Source: Eledone cirrhosa
Taxonomy: Eukaryota
Assembly: GCA_964016885.1 (NCBI GenBank)
Contig: OZ024740.1
Span: 139,810,001-139,874,000, forward strand
DNA length: 64,000 bases
Direction of reading: 5' to 3'
Under the pieces are notes generated by a model that saw nothing but the letters and a program-made list of their open reading frames with translations, made no database searches and was not told the origin of the DNA. Below, in pieces: positions 1-13,480 of the stretch (the first letter of the stretch is position 1; each line of letters starts with the position of its first letter). The translations under genes and the position numbers were made by a program.

Positions 1-553
1 CTATAGAACAAACGCACAACATGTAAGCTAGCAGAAAAGAATGTCCTGTAAATGTTTAAACAATGATGATGGGTGTGCCAAATTTGGTCAATTTAGTTGT
101 AGTGATTAGTTTAGCTCGTTGCACTCTAAAATGGTCAGAAAATAAAATTTGAGTCCAAGCAGGTCATATTACATTTACAGCTTTCAATCATTATAAAGTG
201 ATTATACCAAAATGACCTATGAAATCTGTTTCTGAATGTACATACTAGCAATTGGCAAATAGTGATATGTGGAGAAAAAGTTATATGACAGAAAAAATTT
301 ACTATGAAGGTCAACATGATATATCGAATATCAACCAAGATATAAAAACTTCGTTATGCGATAAACATAACATATAGATAAATTGTAGCTCATATACAAA
401 TAGATGTGTGTTTTGGTAGTTTCGGGAGGAAAATATAATTGTATATATATATATGCGATGAAATACCCATGATCGTTTGGTAAATCACTGATGAGGGACT
501 CATTTTATAACATGTTATCCATGTGCAACCAGCAGTATTCTTCTCACCCATAT

Positions 554-651
<98 letters not shown>

Positions 652-744
652 AAACATATATGTGTATATATATATATACATATACATATATGAAAAGATT
701 CAGGACCCCGACGGCTGAGCTACAGCCGTTTCGACAGCTACATA

Positions 745-803
<59 letters not shown>

Positions 804-1004
804 TATGTTGAGAACAAATCTGTTGTTCTATTTAGCTGCTATTTTTTTAGTAGTAATTGTAGACAGCAAGTCTTTGATTTTCCCGCTTTTACTTCGGTCC
901 AGTTTACATACGGGTCACTTTTACGACCTTCCAGACCTTTATTTGCTGGTAGGAGGTCATATATTTTGTCGTTCCTGGGACGTTTAGCCCTAGGAAAGGA
1001 AAAT

Positions 1005-1087
1005 GCTTCTCTGATGAGCTTTGGTTTTCCATCAGAAATCCATCGGATTTATGAGGTTTTACAAAGCGAAACTGATCAGTAAGGGCC
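1005..1087 (+). ncRNA. Type I hammerhead ribozyme motif with extended stem II
   Basis: CTGATGA 1011-1017; stem II GCTTTG (1018-1023)/CAAAGC (1062-1067) enclosing an AAATCC/GGATTT hairpin; GAAA 1068-1071; C-TGATCA-G palindromic stem III; GUA triplet 1079-1081; stem I is weak (TTCT/AGGG with G-U pairs). Confidence 0.6.
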
Positions 1088-1439
1088 ACTAGGAGAGGTA
1101 AATATTTATATTATATTTTTTAATGTATTTTAAAGAATTGATTGAATTTTACTTGTTCTGCTTATCTTAATATATATATTAAACTACCCTGCTTTTAAAT
1201 TCCCTTTTTGGCATATTAATCAGTGTGAATTTTGGCTATCCTGTTGAGCTCTGCTGAGGATCGAATTCCAACCGTGACCATCTTCACTGAAAGTTTTCGT
1301 GAAATAGTCTTTTCAAGACTATACAGAGCATTTGTAGTTGTTCCAAATTGAAGGATGAGTATTTTATACTTTATTTTATCATGAATTAAGGCTCTATTGA
1401 TTTTTTCCCTGGATTTCACTAAATTCTGTTGGATAAATC

Positions 1440-1583
1440 TATATCCTGATTCTTTTTGAATTGAGTTTGAATTATTTTTCCCACATCTTACGTTAACTAT
1501 TTTCCCATTTTGACGCTATAGTCGTCACTTATATATTATGGAATACAGTTGGCTTCTTGCTAACAATACTTTCTATACCTTTC

Positions 1584-1585
<2 letters not shown>
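1440..1585. repeat. Dispersed (TA)n-associated repeat, second copy at about 46505-46650
   Basis: TATATCCTGATTCT...TTTTCCCAT.TTGACG.TATAGTCG...GCTTCTTGCTAA...CTATACCT.TCATTT is shared with 46505-46650; both end at a (TA)n tract. Confidence 0.7.
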
Positions 1586-1627
<42 letters not shown>

Positions 1628-1628
<1 letters not shown>

Positions 1629-1785
1629 AGCTCAAGCCGTTTCGACGGCTATTAGAAATAGCCGTTGAAACGGCTTGAGCTCTGCGGTCGGGTTTAAACA
1701 TTTTCCTATTACCCACTCTACTACCCTAAGTATTGAATACTCTGGTGCGTTATGGTCCATCTGGTTCCTTACCACAACTCCTTCG

Positions 1786-1790
<5 letters not shown>
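1628..1790 (+). repeat. (TA)n-embedded short repeat family A (other copies about 690-740, 6110-6302, 18125-18305, 45663-45760)
   Basis: Shared CCCGACGGC.GAGCT...GCCGTTTCGAC and TGTGGTAAGGAACCAG.TGGACCATAACGCACC segments; copies abut (TA)n and several are palindromic. Confidence 0.75.
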
Positions 1791-1824
<34 letters not shown>

Positions 1825-1826
<2 letters not shown>

Positions 1827-2288
1827 AAAATGGCAATTTCTGTCTGTGTGTTTGTGAACCTAAAACTCAAAAACTACGAAACATATCTTGATGAAACTTG
1901 ACACGTGTGTGGGGCTTATGCCCATTTGATTTCTTACGTATATTTCATTTTAATCAAAATATATTTTCCCTTCGATTTATATGAAATTTAAACCATAAGT
2001 AAATGACAAGATATGATGCCTATTCACAAAATCTCAGCAATGAAACCCCCTAATGGGGGTTCTATTTTTTTCCTTATAGCAATACTCAACTTCTCTGTCA
2101 AACATGTTTCCACCTGACCAATGCAATCAACAATATTTGTTATCATTATTGTTCCGTAAATGAATTTGTCTTCGCTTTTGATTATCTGTCCTATATTTTG
2201 ATTTCACTTTTGGTCTGAGATGATTTGGGCATTTTAATGGGAACTGGGAATACCTCCGCTCCCGGGTATTACCGGGTACCTCAGCTAG
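1825..2288 (+). mobile_element. Non-autonomous Helitron
   Basis: 3' hairpin CCCGGGTATTACCGGG then CTAG|T (2285-2288); 5' region TCTGTCTGTG...AACTCAAAAACTAC...TTGATGAAACTT resembles non-autonomous Helitron starts; the 5' end is hidden in (TA)n. Confidence 0.65.
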
Positions 2289-2343
2289 TATATATATATA
2301 TATATATATATATAGTTATGTAATAAACAACATAAGATAATTA

Positions 2344-2403
2344 TTTCATTTACCAGTGGTTTCTTGAAAGCAACCAAAATTGCTTTCATTCATCAGAATG
2401 AAA
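2344..2403 (-). ncRNA. Type I hammerhead ribozyme motif (inverted copy of 2418-2477)
   Basis: Reverse complement reads TTTCATT-CTGATGA-ATGAAAGCAATTTTGGTTGCTTTCAA-GAAA-CCACTGG-TA-AATGAAA. Confidence 0.75.
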
Positions 2404-2417
2404 AAATCCTGGTCTTT

Positions 2418-2477
2418 TTTCATTCTGATGAATGAAAGCAATTTTGTTTGCTTTCAAGAAACCACTGGTAAATGAAA
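2418..2477 (+). ncRNA. Type I hammerhead ribozyme motif
   Basis: Stem I TTTCATT/AATGAAA (7 bp); CTGATGA 2425-2431; stem II TGAAAGCAA/TTGCTTTCA; GAAA 2458-2461; stem III ACC-act-GGT; GUA triplet 2468-2470. Confidence 0.8.
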
Positions 2478-2569
2478 TAATTATCTTATGTTGTTTATTA
2501 CATAACTAATAAGCTCTGTAACCTACATAGAGCACTCTTTTTTCCTGGACCTTTCCGACGGAATTACTT

Positions 2570-2625
<56 letters not shown>

Positions 2626-2949
2626 AGTAAAATGAGAGGAGGCTGGACTGGTGAAATTCCTATACGGAATGACCAATTCTATCCAGTGGTGAACCAACAA
2701 TCCTAAATGAATATATTTATATATATATATAGAATGTAACGTCCAGTTACTGTAGGTTCACCAGAGTGCTCGATGCGTATATTCCGGTAAGTAGAGGTTC
2801 ATTCTGTCATTACCACAGCAGAGGTCCGACAAGCATTTGATTCCAGAGTCGGGCTAGATAAATACAGATCGAACCTTAAGCTGATCAATAGAGAAACGCG
2901 CGTTACTACTCAATAAACGTAATGAAGAGATAACAAATCGTCCTTTTTA

Positions 2950-3045
2950 TTAACTTTGCCTTTCATCCTTATGGGGTCGATAAAATAAAGTACCAGTAAT
3001 ACACTGGGTATTTGCTGGCCTTGTGCCAAAAGTAGAAACAATTAT
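2950..3045 (+). mobile_element. tRNA-derived SINE, 3' half
   Basis: AACTTTGCCTTTCATCCTTA.GGGGTCGATAAAATAAAGTACCAG...GCTGGCCTTGTGCCAAAAGTAGAAACAATTATT, repeated more than 10 times in the window. Confidence 0.8.
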
Positions 3046-3057
3046 TAGAATATATAC

Positions 3058-3100
<43 letters not shown>

Positions 3101-3164
3101 GAAGCACTTGGATGATTTGAAATTTAGAATTTGAAATTCAAACGCAGAAATGGCTATGAATAAT

Positions 3165-3800
3165 AATTGTTTCTGATTTTGGCACATGGCCAACAATTTG
3201 GGGGAGGAGAAAGTTTATTAGATGGATCCCAGTGCGTTACTGGTATTTTGTTTTATCGCAAAATTGACCTCGATGAGATTTGAACTCAGAACGTAAAGGG
3301 TTGTAACTATATGTCACAAAGCATGTTGGACGACGCTCTACCGATACTGCCAATCCACCGCTATGAATATTTTAAGAAAATCCCGTAAAATACCTTTAGG
3401 TGGAGACAAGGAGTTGTATTGTCTCTAGTAGTTGCTGGTCACTTTTTTCTGTTCCGAAGCGTATTTTACTCGATTTCTTAAAGTTGTTCATAACGATTTC
3501 TGCTACTTTCGGACAGAATCAGTTCTTTTTGAAAATATTCCCACGACGTTTTATGAAGTTAATCTAACAACTCTTCCAATGGCGTTAAATAATGGTTTCT
3601 GGTTTAAGCACAAGGCCTGGGGAGGGGAAAATCTATTAAATCGACCTCAGTGTGTGGCTGGTATTTTGTTTTATCGACCCCAGAGGATGATAGGCACAGC
3701 TAACATCAGCGGGATTTGAACTCACAACGTAAAGGGTCGTAATTCTATGCCGTTATGTGTTAAATGATTGTTTCCACTTTTAGCACAAGGCCAGCAATTA
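3165..3800 (-). mobile_element. Cluster of diverged SINE copies (about 3165-3365, 3590-3760, 3765-3800)
   Basis: GGCACAAGGCC...CTGGTA.TTT.TTTTATCGAC...GGATTTGAACTC (reverse-complement B box). Confidence 0.7.
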
Positions 3801-3949
3801 TTTCAGTGCATATCAAACATTTAGAAATAACTGTCCCCAAAAGCCTACATTCAGGGTCGACGTTACCATTAAAACCAACTAGGCAGTTGCTTACGTAGCA
3901 GACCTCACGGATGTGCTTTACTGAACCATAAAGGATCACAGTTTTATAG

Positions 3950-4160
3950 AAATTTGTATAATTATATTATATATATAATAATTTCCTACGATCAGGGAAT
4001 AATTCGATAAACATCTTTTCGCGTAGCAGTGACGTAAAGATATCCAAAGCGGTGGAGAGAGTTGTATGATGGAATGATCTGCCACGTGGTTTAGCGTGGG
4101 TGATATAGACTGCATATAGATAATGCAGGAATAATAATTTTCTTAGTGTGGTTGGAAGAG
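3950..4160. repeat. Old dispersed repeat family (other copies about 39660-40080 inverted and 43050-43460)
   Basis: Shared ATCTTT..CG.GTAGCAGTG...AA.ATATCC and TAATTTTCTTAGTG blocks across three loci. Confidence 0.55.
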
Positions 4161-4372
4161 AAAATGTAAAAAAAACTAGTTATTTTAGAGAATGGGAAAC
4201 ATTATTGGGAAAAGGGGACATTGTAGGACAAACCTAGGACAATAATTAACTTCGCTTCACCACTACCAACATAAAAAATATATTTAACACGGTACTCATG
4301 GTCCAGATATCAAGAATTCAACCTCTTTCTATTCTCTATCTTCGATTTAGAAAAAGGAAAGAAGTAATTTAA

Positions 4373-4593
4373 CCCTTTAGCATTTCAACCAGCCATATCG
4401 GGCCAGAATTCTCTCACCTCTTTCTATTCAAACCAGCCGTAACTGGCTGCTCATACTGACATTAAAGTATTGTTCTCAAAATAAATAACATAAAAATCTC
4501 AGAGATTCACTATTATGTGAGATAATTATGTGAGATAAAGCCTTTACCACAAAAATACAATAGTATATATAGAGTAATGTAAATTCCAAAGGG
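4373..4593. mobile_element. piggyBac-type MITE
   Basis: TTAA on both sides (4369-4372, 4594-4597); imperfect TIRs CCCTTTAGCATTT / AAATTCCAAAGGG (11 of 13 match). Confidence 0.65.
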
Positions 4594-4914
4594 TTAAGGT
4601 AGTCATAGGATTTCATAGAAACACTACGGCTATAATCACAACTATGCTCAAACAGGCATGATCTGTGGCTAAACTACAATGTATATATGTTTGTGTGGGC
4701 GGGGGGGGGGGGGGGGTACCTGTACATGCACAAGAACAAACACACATATACATATATATGTGTGAGTGTGTATGCATGTGCATGTATTTGTGAGTGTTTG
4801 AGTGAGAGAGCATGTGGGGTGTAAGAAAGCACGTATAATTAGAAAAGGGTGAGCGGAATTTGAAAATTGAATTAGAAGATTTTGCCGTAACTTTGAGTAA
4901 TTAAGAAAGATGTG

Positions 4915-5110
4915 CATCTTCTTCCGTTCAGTAAGCCTATCCAATCCGTTATTATGAGACTATTTTATTTAGTCAAAGTTACGGCAATATCTTCTTCCGT
5001 TCAGTGGACTTATACGCCCGTTATTATTAGACTATTTTATTTAGTCAAAGTTACGGCAATATCTTCTTCCGTTCAGTGGACTTATACGCCCGTTATTATT
5101 AGAATATTTT
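4915..5110. repeat. 72-bp tandem duplication (about 2.5 units)
   Basis: CCGTTATTA..AGACTATTTTATTTAGTCAAAGTTACGGCAATATCTTCTTCCGTTCAGTGGACTTATACGC repeated. Confidence 0.85.
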
Positions 5111-5216
5111 ATTCAATATTGTTTAATTTAGAAAAGCTTCTACAGGACGAGAACTGTTTCATTCGTGAGAAATCATCACGAAGCTGACTGTCCGAGTAAA
5201 TATGAACCCGGAATAA

Positions 5217-5297
<81 letters not shown>

Positions 5298-5429
5298 TTA
5301 TATATATATTTGGGATAACAAGTTATCGTTATAGGTAATCCAGTTAGAGGTTGTGAGTACTCTGCGTCGTGAGTACTTTAAATAAGGCCCTTATTGTACA
5401 GCCAACCAAGCTGCTCTTCATTCTTTAAC

Positions 5430-5492
<63 letters not shown>

Positions 5493-5528
5493 CATATATA
5501 TATATATGTATATGCATATATGTATATC

Positions 5529-5567
<39 letters not shown>

Positions 5568-5854
5568 AATATATATATATGTATATCATATATATATATA
5601 CATATATATATCATATATATATATTATATATATATACATATATATATATATATCATATATATACATATCACATATATATATATTATATACATATATGTGT
5701 GTGTGTGTGTGAGTGTGTATCATATATATATATATACTGCATATATACACCGAGTACCCTGGTTATTGGATACTAGAATCACATTCCATCCTTTCTTTCA
5801 CTACCTCTATCTATCTCAATATGCATATTTATATATGTGTGTGTGTGTTTGTGT

Positions 5855-5950
<96 letters not shown>

Positions 5951-6049
5951 ATGTGCGCGTATGTGTATGTGTATATATATATATATATATAGGGTGAGGG
6001 GTGGGGTGACTGTGTATGTTTATACAGTGAACCGCCCAATTGTAATCTA

Positions 6050-6111
<62 letters not shown>

Positions 6112-6298
6112 CGAAGGAATTGTGGTAAGGAACCAGGTGGACCATAACGCACCAAAGTACTCAATACTTAGGGTAGTAGAGTGGGTAATAGGAACAAGTA
6201 TGAGCCCGACGGCAGAGCTCAAGCCGTTTCGACGGTTATTTCTGGACAGAAATAGCCGTCGAAACGGCTTGAGCTCTGCCGTCGGGGTCATACTTGTT

Positions 6299-6389
<91 letters not shown>

Positions 6390-6794
6390 AAGAACACAAG
6401 AGCGTCTACAACATCAAAAGATTTTTATTGGCTAACAATGTTTCTTCCTTACGTAACCGTAGAATTCATCAGAGCTATAAAAGGGGTTTGATTGGTGTTA
6501 TGGACTCTACCAACCAAACACCCAAGAACAAAGAGTAAAGAGAGTAAAGAGCAAAAGTAGGGGACGATAAGTCTAATTTTGGTGCGGGAGGGTGGGGTGT
6601 TGGTCCTTGTTTACTAGCTGCGGTCATATTCATTCCCGGGGGTCGGGTGGTTAGCTGAACCATAGATGGGGTAGCGTCGATAGTATGGTGCAGAGGGTGC
6701 GCAGAGGCTACACAAACACAAAGGGCGTAGAATACATATATACATATAGCGGAGGAGAAGGTACATGAGGTAATTAGAAATGGAAAAAGAGTAA

Positions 6795-6930
6795 TAATAA
6801 TTGTTTCTACTTTAGGCACAAGGCCAGCAAATTAACCAGTGCATTACTGGTACTTTTATTTTATCAGTGCATTACTGGTACTTTTATTTTATCGACCCCG
6901 TAAGGATGAAAGGCAAAGTCAACCTCGGCG
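6795..6930 (-). mobile_element. tRNA-derived SINE, partial
   Basis: Same family as 2950-3045, reverse orientation, with an internal duplication of CAGTGCATTACTGGTACTTTTATTTTAT. Confidence 0.75.
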
Positions 6931-6970
6931 GAAAAAGAGTAATAATAATAATCTATAATTAACATTAGAA

Positions 6971-7125
<155 letters not shown>

Positions 7126-7170
7126 TACATATATATATATACATATATATACATATATATATATATATAC

Positions 7171-7294
<124 letters not shown>

Positions 7295-8266
7295 CCAAAA
7301 TGGAGCGCGCACTCTTCCAATTCCTTTGGCAGAAGCGGGCTCCTATGATGAGGAGATCCATCTGCTGTCAACACCCTTCGAAAGGAGGGCTGGGGATGCC
7401 GTTGCTGATGATGCGTAAACACACATTAAGGCTACGGCACCTCCAGGTATATTCCTCTCCGGTCAACTGGTGTGGGCCCCGTTTGTGAGTCGAGCCTTTC
7501 CCAAACTCGTCTCACTCACCGAGCTGCAGTCCTGGGTCAAGCAATGACCGAGAAAACTTGGCGCCTGGCACACCGAGTGTGCCCAGGCGCTCACGGCTCT
7601 CTGGCAGGCGGACCCGGCTGTCAGTGGAGAATCCACCTCGTCATTCTATATGGTGGTTAGCAGGTGCGACGACGCCCTCGGAGAATCCCTAGGCATGTAG
7701 GAAAACGAACTGGCCAACCTGTTCGGTAGGTCATTCAGCCCGGACCTATGGATAACTTCCAGAGGTCTATGGCCTGGCAGTGCTACCGAGGGGCTCTGCC
7801 AGTTCGAGAAAAGCTCTACAGACACGGGCGCCCGAGTAGGGACCCCTCAAAAAAGATCTGTCCCAGATGCGTGTGCGACGAGGAAACCGCACACGCATCG
7901 GTACACTGCTCGGGCATTGCCGATCTGTGGGGCTATGTCGAACGACTGCTGTCACGGGTGGGACCGATCCGGTTGACCACCGAGTCTATTGTAACGATCA
8001 AGCCGCCTCCCCTCTTCAAAAATGAAGGAGAGGCGGTGTTTCTCTGCGTAATAGCCATGGTGAAAGAGGTTGTATGGTGGACGCGTCTGAAAGGAGTGAG
8101 GTCAGACACCTTTCTCTCTGGCCAACAACTGGTCCGTTTCTTCCGATATCATTTCGGAAGAAGGATCAGGATGGAGACTGAGAGGAGCTGCACCCCCGCC
8201 GTTTTTATGAAAGATGGGTGAAAGTGACGAGAATGGCCCGTGTGAATGGGCCTTCACTCTACATCA
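7295..8266 (+). pseudogene. Tx1-clade LINE ORF2 C-terminal fragment (same family as 31592-35793)
   Basis: [34 protein letters not shown] and MDNFQRSMAWQCYRGALPVREKLYRHGRPSRDPSKKICPRC closely match ORF 34574-35554; frameshifts and stops present. Confidence 0.9.
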
Positions 8267-8980
8267 GACAGATTATCAAACATAATATGTTTATGTTTGC
8301 ACGATTGAGAAAGGAAAGGTAACTCCAATTTTGTTTGTTAACCATTAAATTATATGAATGATTTACTCCAAAATATATAGAGAAAATTATATATTATTTT
8401 GTGTGAGATCCATTATTTTAGTCGAAAGATGTGTGAATGTTTGAATAACAAAAAGAGAGAGGAAAAATGTAATGTGTTTTTCGAGGATCTATCGTAAAGA
8501 GGATACATTTTCAGAATGTCATTTAAAAATTATCAATCTACATCTAAAAATATATTTAGAGGGGTGTCATTAGAAAAATAATGTCGGAATTAAAAATAAT
8601 ATCAGAATTAAAATAATGTTGTAAATTAAAATTTTAAATATATATATTAAAATATTATAAATATTAGAGATATTAAAAAATTTCAGAAATATTAAAAATA
8701 TTTAAAAAATATTAAAAATATTAAAAATATTAAAAAATGTTCATTTAAATTTTTAAAAAGGTAGGATCATTTTGAAGGTGTATAGGAATATTATAAATTT
8801 AAAATAGTTCTGAACGTGGAATTTTGGCCATGTTTGCAAGAAGAAAATAATTCTGTCCTGAGATTAATTGAGTTTTGACAGTTAATTATATAAAAAATTT
8901 CTTCGATACACATTTTACAGAATCTTGATAAAGCCGTATTTCGATATGCAGGTGCTTTCTAAATATATATATATATATAT

Positions 8981-9085
<105 letters not shown>

Positions 9086-9310
9086 AAAGAATAGAGGTGT
9101 AACACACGAGTTGTGATATATTGGTAAAAGGAAAAGAAAATGCTGACAAATAGTTTAATTAGGAATAAGTAAAAATTAGTAATAAGTATTGGTTAGTATT
9201 CAGTTTTAGTTTTAAGTTTTTACCGGTTGCGCATTTCTAATGCTTTTCAAAAATAATTTTGAGATAGAGCGCTCGTGATGTTTGCATACGGGCGATCTAT
9301 CTCAAAATTA

Positions 9311-9347
9311 TTTTTGAAAAGCATTAGAAATGCGCAACCGGTAGAAA
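9311..9347 (+). ncRNA. Hammerhead-like motif with U3:A8 core and GCAA in place of GAAA (mirror copy on - strand at about 9217-9255)
   Basis: TTT-TTGAAAA-GCAT tagaa ATGC-GCAA-CCGG-TA-GAAA; stem II covaries with the GCAG/CTGC copy at 15440-15452. Confidence 0.5.
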
Positions 9348-9469
9348 CTTAAAACTAAAACTGAATACTAACCAATACTTATTACTAATTTTTACTTATT
9401 CCTAATTAAACTATTTTTCACTGGGAACAATTTGTCAGCATTTTCTTTTCCTTTTACCAATATATATAT

Positions 9470-9863
9470 ATATATATCACAGAAAAAAGAATCAGTGTTG
9501 AAACGAAAGGAATTTAATGGACATATTACAATTGTTTCTCGGGCGACTAGCTCGAGGCACGATCGATGTAGTGATCAAACCTGACTCTGAAATCGCGAGG
9601 TCTTCGGATACGTTTCGATTCTAGGAAAATCTGCTTCGTAGAATCGAGATGTATCCGAGGACCGCGCGATTTTAGAGTCAGGTTTGATCACCACATTGAT
9701 CGTGCCTCGAGCTGGTCGCCCGAGAAACAATTGTAATATGTCCAATAAATTCCTTTCGTTGCAACACTGATTCTCTTTTTTCTTTGATATCATACTCTGG
9801 TCTATGAAGGCATCGAGTGCTCATACGGCCTACCGCATGCGGGCACTTTAAGCATCCAACACC

Positions 9864-9870
<7 letters not shown>
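9470..9870. repeat. (TA)n-embedded palindromic repeat family B (other copies about 47255-47410, 55940-56235)
   Basis: GCTCGAGGCACGATCGAT...GATCAAACCTGACTCTGAAATCGCG...GGATACGT shared; arms 9470-9625 and 9635-9790 are diverged inverted copies. Confidence 0.75.
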
Positions 9871-9925
<55 letters not shown>

Positions 9926-10478
9926 AAGCTGTTAAAGGACAAAATTAATAACGTTTACTCACTACCACAGTATAACGTTTGACAACAAACAAAGCGACAT
10001 TGCAAATTATTTTATGTAGAATATTAAGATACTGTTTAAGGACAGTAGACTGCTGGCATGCATGGCACCACTTTGATTTGGGAAGCATATCGGCCCAGAA
10101 TTTATTATTTCATGTGTGGTACTTACTTTATCGATCTCTTCTTCATCAAAGTGCTATACTACAAAACATAGCTACAGTTACACAAACGCGCACTTACACA
10201 CACACACGCATACTCATTTATTGGTGTAATTTTCCTGAAGGCATAACTTGTCTCTATCTTTGTTATGTCCCAATGTGCACTGGAATGAATGCTATCAACC
10301 TTAATGTATCGAACCCGTAGTCATTTCCAGATATATAAAGATATTTATTATACCTATTTCTAAAGAAGCTTTAGCTAGGTTTTTTTCTTTTATTTATTTT
10401 TGTAGAAACACGTGTCAAGAATGTTATGATCTAATTTCACATTAGCTATTTGTTGCATTAGTGTGTGTGTGTGTGTGT

Positions 10479-10545
<67 letters not shown>

Positions 10546-11359
10546 TGCTTGTGTGCGCGCGCGCGTGTGTGTGTGTAAGAGAGAGAGACAGAGACAGAGT
10601 TTAAAAAGCACAGTATTATCCAATACATTTTACATAACCTCCAAAATTGTGCAACAGCTGACTCACAGTAATAACACCCTAATCATCATAAGCCCTAGCA
10701 CTTCCACTGCAGCCACCGCCACCAACATCGCTATCACTATTACTAACACCACAGCCACCACCTCCTTTAAAATTACCACCACCATCACCACCATCATCAC
10801 TCCCACCATCACAGCTACCATACCTCTAGTCTTACTACAAAAGCACTCAAAAATCTTGTCATACATAAATAAAAGCAAAGCAACAAACAAAAAAGGTTGA
10901 GGATTTTCATTGTTGTTGCTATTGTTGCTGTTGTTGCTGTTGTTGTTTCTGCTGTTATAGTCACTGTTGTTGTTATTGCTGCTATACGCATAGTTGATGT
11001 TGTCATCATTGTAGTCATTATAGTGTTGATGTTACTATTTGTATTGTTATTATCTTTACTGTCATCGTTGTTGTTGTTGCAGTTTTTGTCATTGCAGTTG
11101 TTGTTGCTATTCTTATTGTCGTTGTAATTGTTGTTATTATTCTTATTGTCGACGTTATTTCAGTTGTTATTGTTATTGTAGTTGATGTAATTGTTATTGT
11201 TGTACCGTAGCACCTGAGTCACACAATGTAAAATAAAACAATACAGAACCACTCGAGCACTGATCAGTGGTGCGTGTAATGACTGACTGACTGGATTAGT
11301 CCATCACTGACTCACATATGCAAATGACTACAATTCATCAAAAATATTCAATAATAATA

Positions 11360-11548
11360 ATAATAATTGTTTCTACTTCAGGCACAAGGCCAGCAATGAC
11401 TGGTACTTTATTTTTCTCGACCCAATAAGGATGAAAGGCAAAGCTAACCTCGGCGGGATTTGAACTCAGAACTAAGAACGTAAAGGGCCGTAACTCTTTG
11501 CTGCAAAGCTTGGTGTCTGACGCTATACCGTTACTGCCAATCGACCGA
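11360..11548 (-). mobile_element. tRNA-derived SINE
   Basis: Family consensus including reverse-complement B box GGATTTGAACTC; (AAT)n tail. Confidence 0.8.
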
Positions 11549-11553
11549 TAATT

Positions 11554-12042
11554 CTTTCCTTATTGGCCACAATGGCCTACAAATAGGGGACAATACGAAA
11601 AGACAGGGACAGTGGGGCTTTACAAAAAAAATCGAGTAAAAAATAAATACAACAACGATAAACAATGAAAATACAAACAACTGAATTCCCCAATAGGGCG
11701 GAGAATCATCCAGGGGTGACTCAGGTACCCCACCAATCCTGAACCATCCGACGCTTCGAGAACATCCAGGAAGGGTACCCCTCTCCTCCTCAAATCAACC
11801 AGCCTACAGGTGCATGGTCAGAGTAGGCCCATTCACACGGGCCATTCTTGCAACATTCACCCATCTTTTAGCAAATGTGCTGGAGGGCAGCACATCTCTT
11901 TCCAAGTGAAACTTGAAAACGTTGATGAGGGATTGACCGAAGAGAAAAGTGGAGCCACTTTTCTTTAGTCCTTTCAACCTGCTCCACCACACAACCTCTT
12001 TCGCTACGGCCACTAGACAAAGGAAAACTCCCTGCCCTTCCC
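11554..12042 (-). mobile_element. 5'-truncated Tx1-clade LINE 3' end (related to 47961-53773)
   Basis: ORF AVAKEVVWWSRLKGLK...INVFKFHL...RWVNVARMARVNGPTLTMHL matches ORF2 C-termini; 3'UTR ends TGTGGCCAATAAGGAAAG. Confidence 0.85.
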
Positions 12043-12049
12043 GACCAAA

Positions 12050-12800
12050 TTATAATTGTTTCTACTTTTTGGCACAAGGCCATCAATTATCCCAGTGTAT
12101 TACTGGTACTTTATTTTATCGACCAAATTATAATGACGATGATTTCTTAACAATGATAGTTTCTCAATTGTTAATGATAAATAATTGTTTCTATTTTTGG
12201 CACAAGGCCAGGAATTATCCAGTACATTACTGGTACTTTATTTTATCGACCCCGTAAGGATGAAAGGCAAAGTTAACCTCGGCGGGATTTGAACTCAGAC
12301 CATAAAGGGCCGTAACTATGCTGCAAACATGGTGTCGACTCTCTCAATAAGTACTTAAAAAAATAAAATAACACAACTCTCACAACATATGATGTGTGTA
12401 CAAGATTAATAGCGAATAAAATAACTTAAATTACACATACCACACACACACACACACAGAGCAGAACTCTAACAGGCAGTGTTTTACTACCCCAACTCAC
12501 ACAGGAAATATAAGAACACACAGTGATACACACACACCAGAAATAGGATGAGATACAGGTGTGCAGTAGAAACTGGCAGGAAACTGTTGAAGAAATAATA
12601 ATCCTTTCTAACATTGGCACAATGACAGCAATTTGGAAGAAGGGAAAAATCTATTATATCTAACGGATTCTTTATTTTATCGACCCCCGGGGGGGAATGA
12701 AAGGCAAAGTTGACCTCGGAGGGATTTGAATTCAGAACGTAGAAAGTCGTAAATAAATGCCACAACATATTTATAATGGTTTCTGATTTAGGCACAAGGC
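12050..12800 (-). mobile_element. SINE cluster (about 12050-12125, 12180-12345, 12600-12800)
   Basis: Same SINE consensus in several partial copies. Confidence 0.75.
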
Positions 12801-12928
12801 CAATATATATATATTTTTTTTTTTTGGGGGGGGGGGGTTACCCTTAAAAGACGGAAAAAGATTGCCAACAGCCGCTATGAAGAATTGAATCCTATATCTT
12901 GCATTTTCTTGAACCCTTTTTTTATATT

Positions 12929-13480
<552 letters not shown>

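Noticed and set aside
135-340. Possible mariner remnant (YEICF, IVICGEK on the + strand)
   Set aside because: Similarity to RIVTGDEKW is too weak and broken to support a call.
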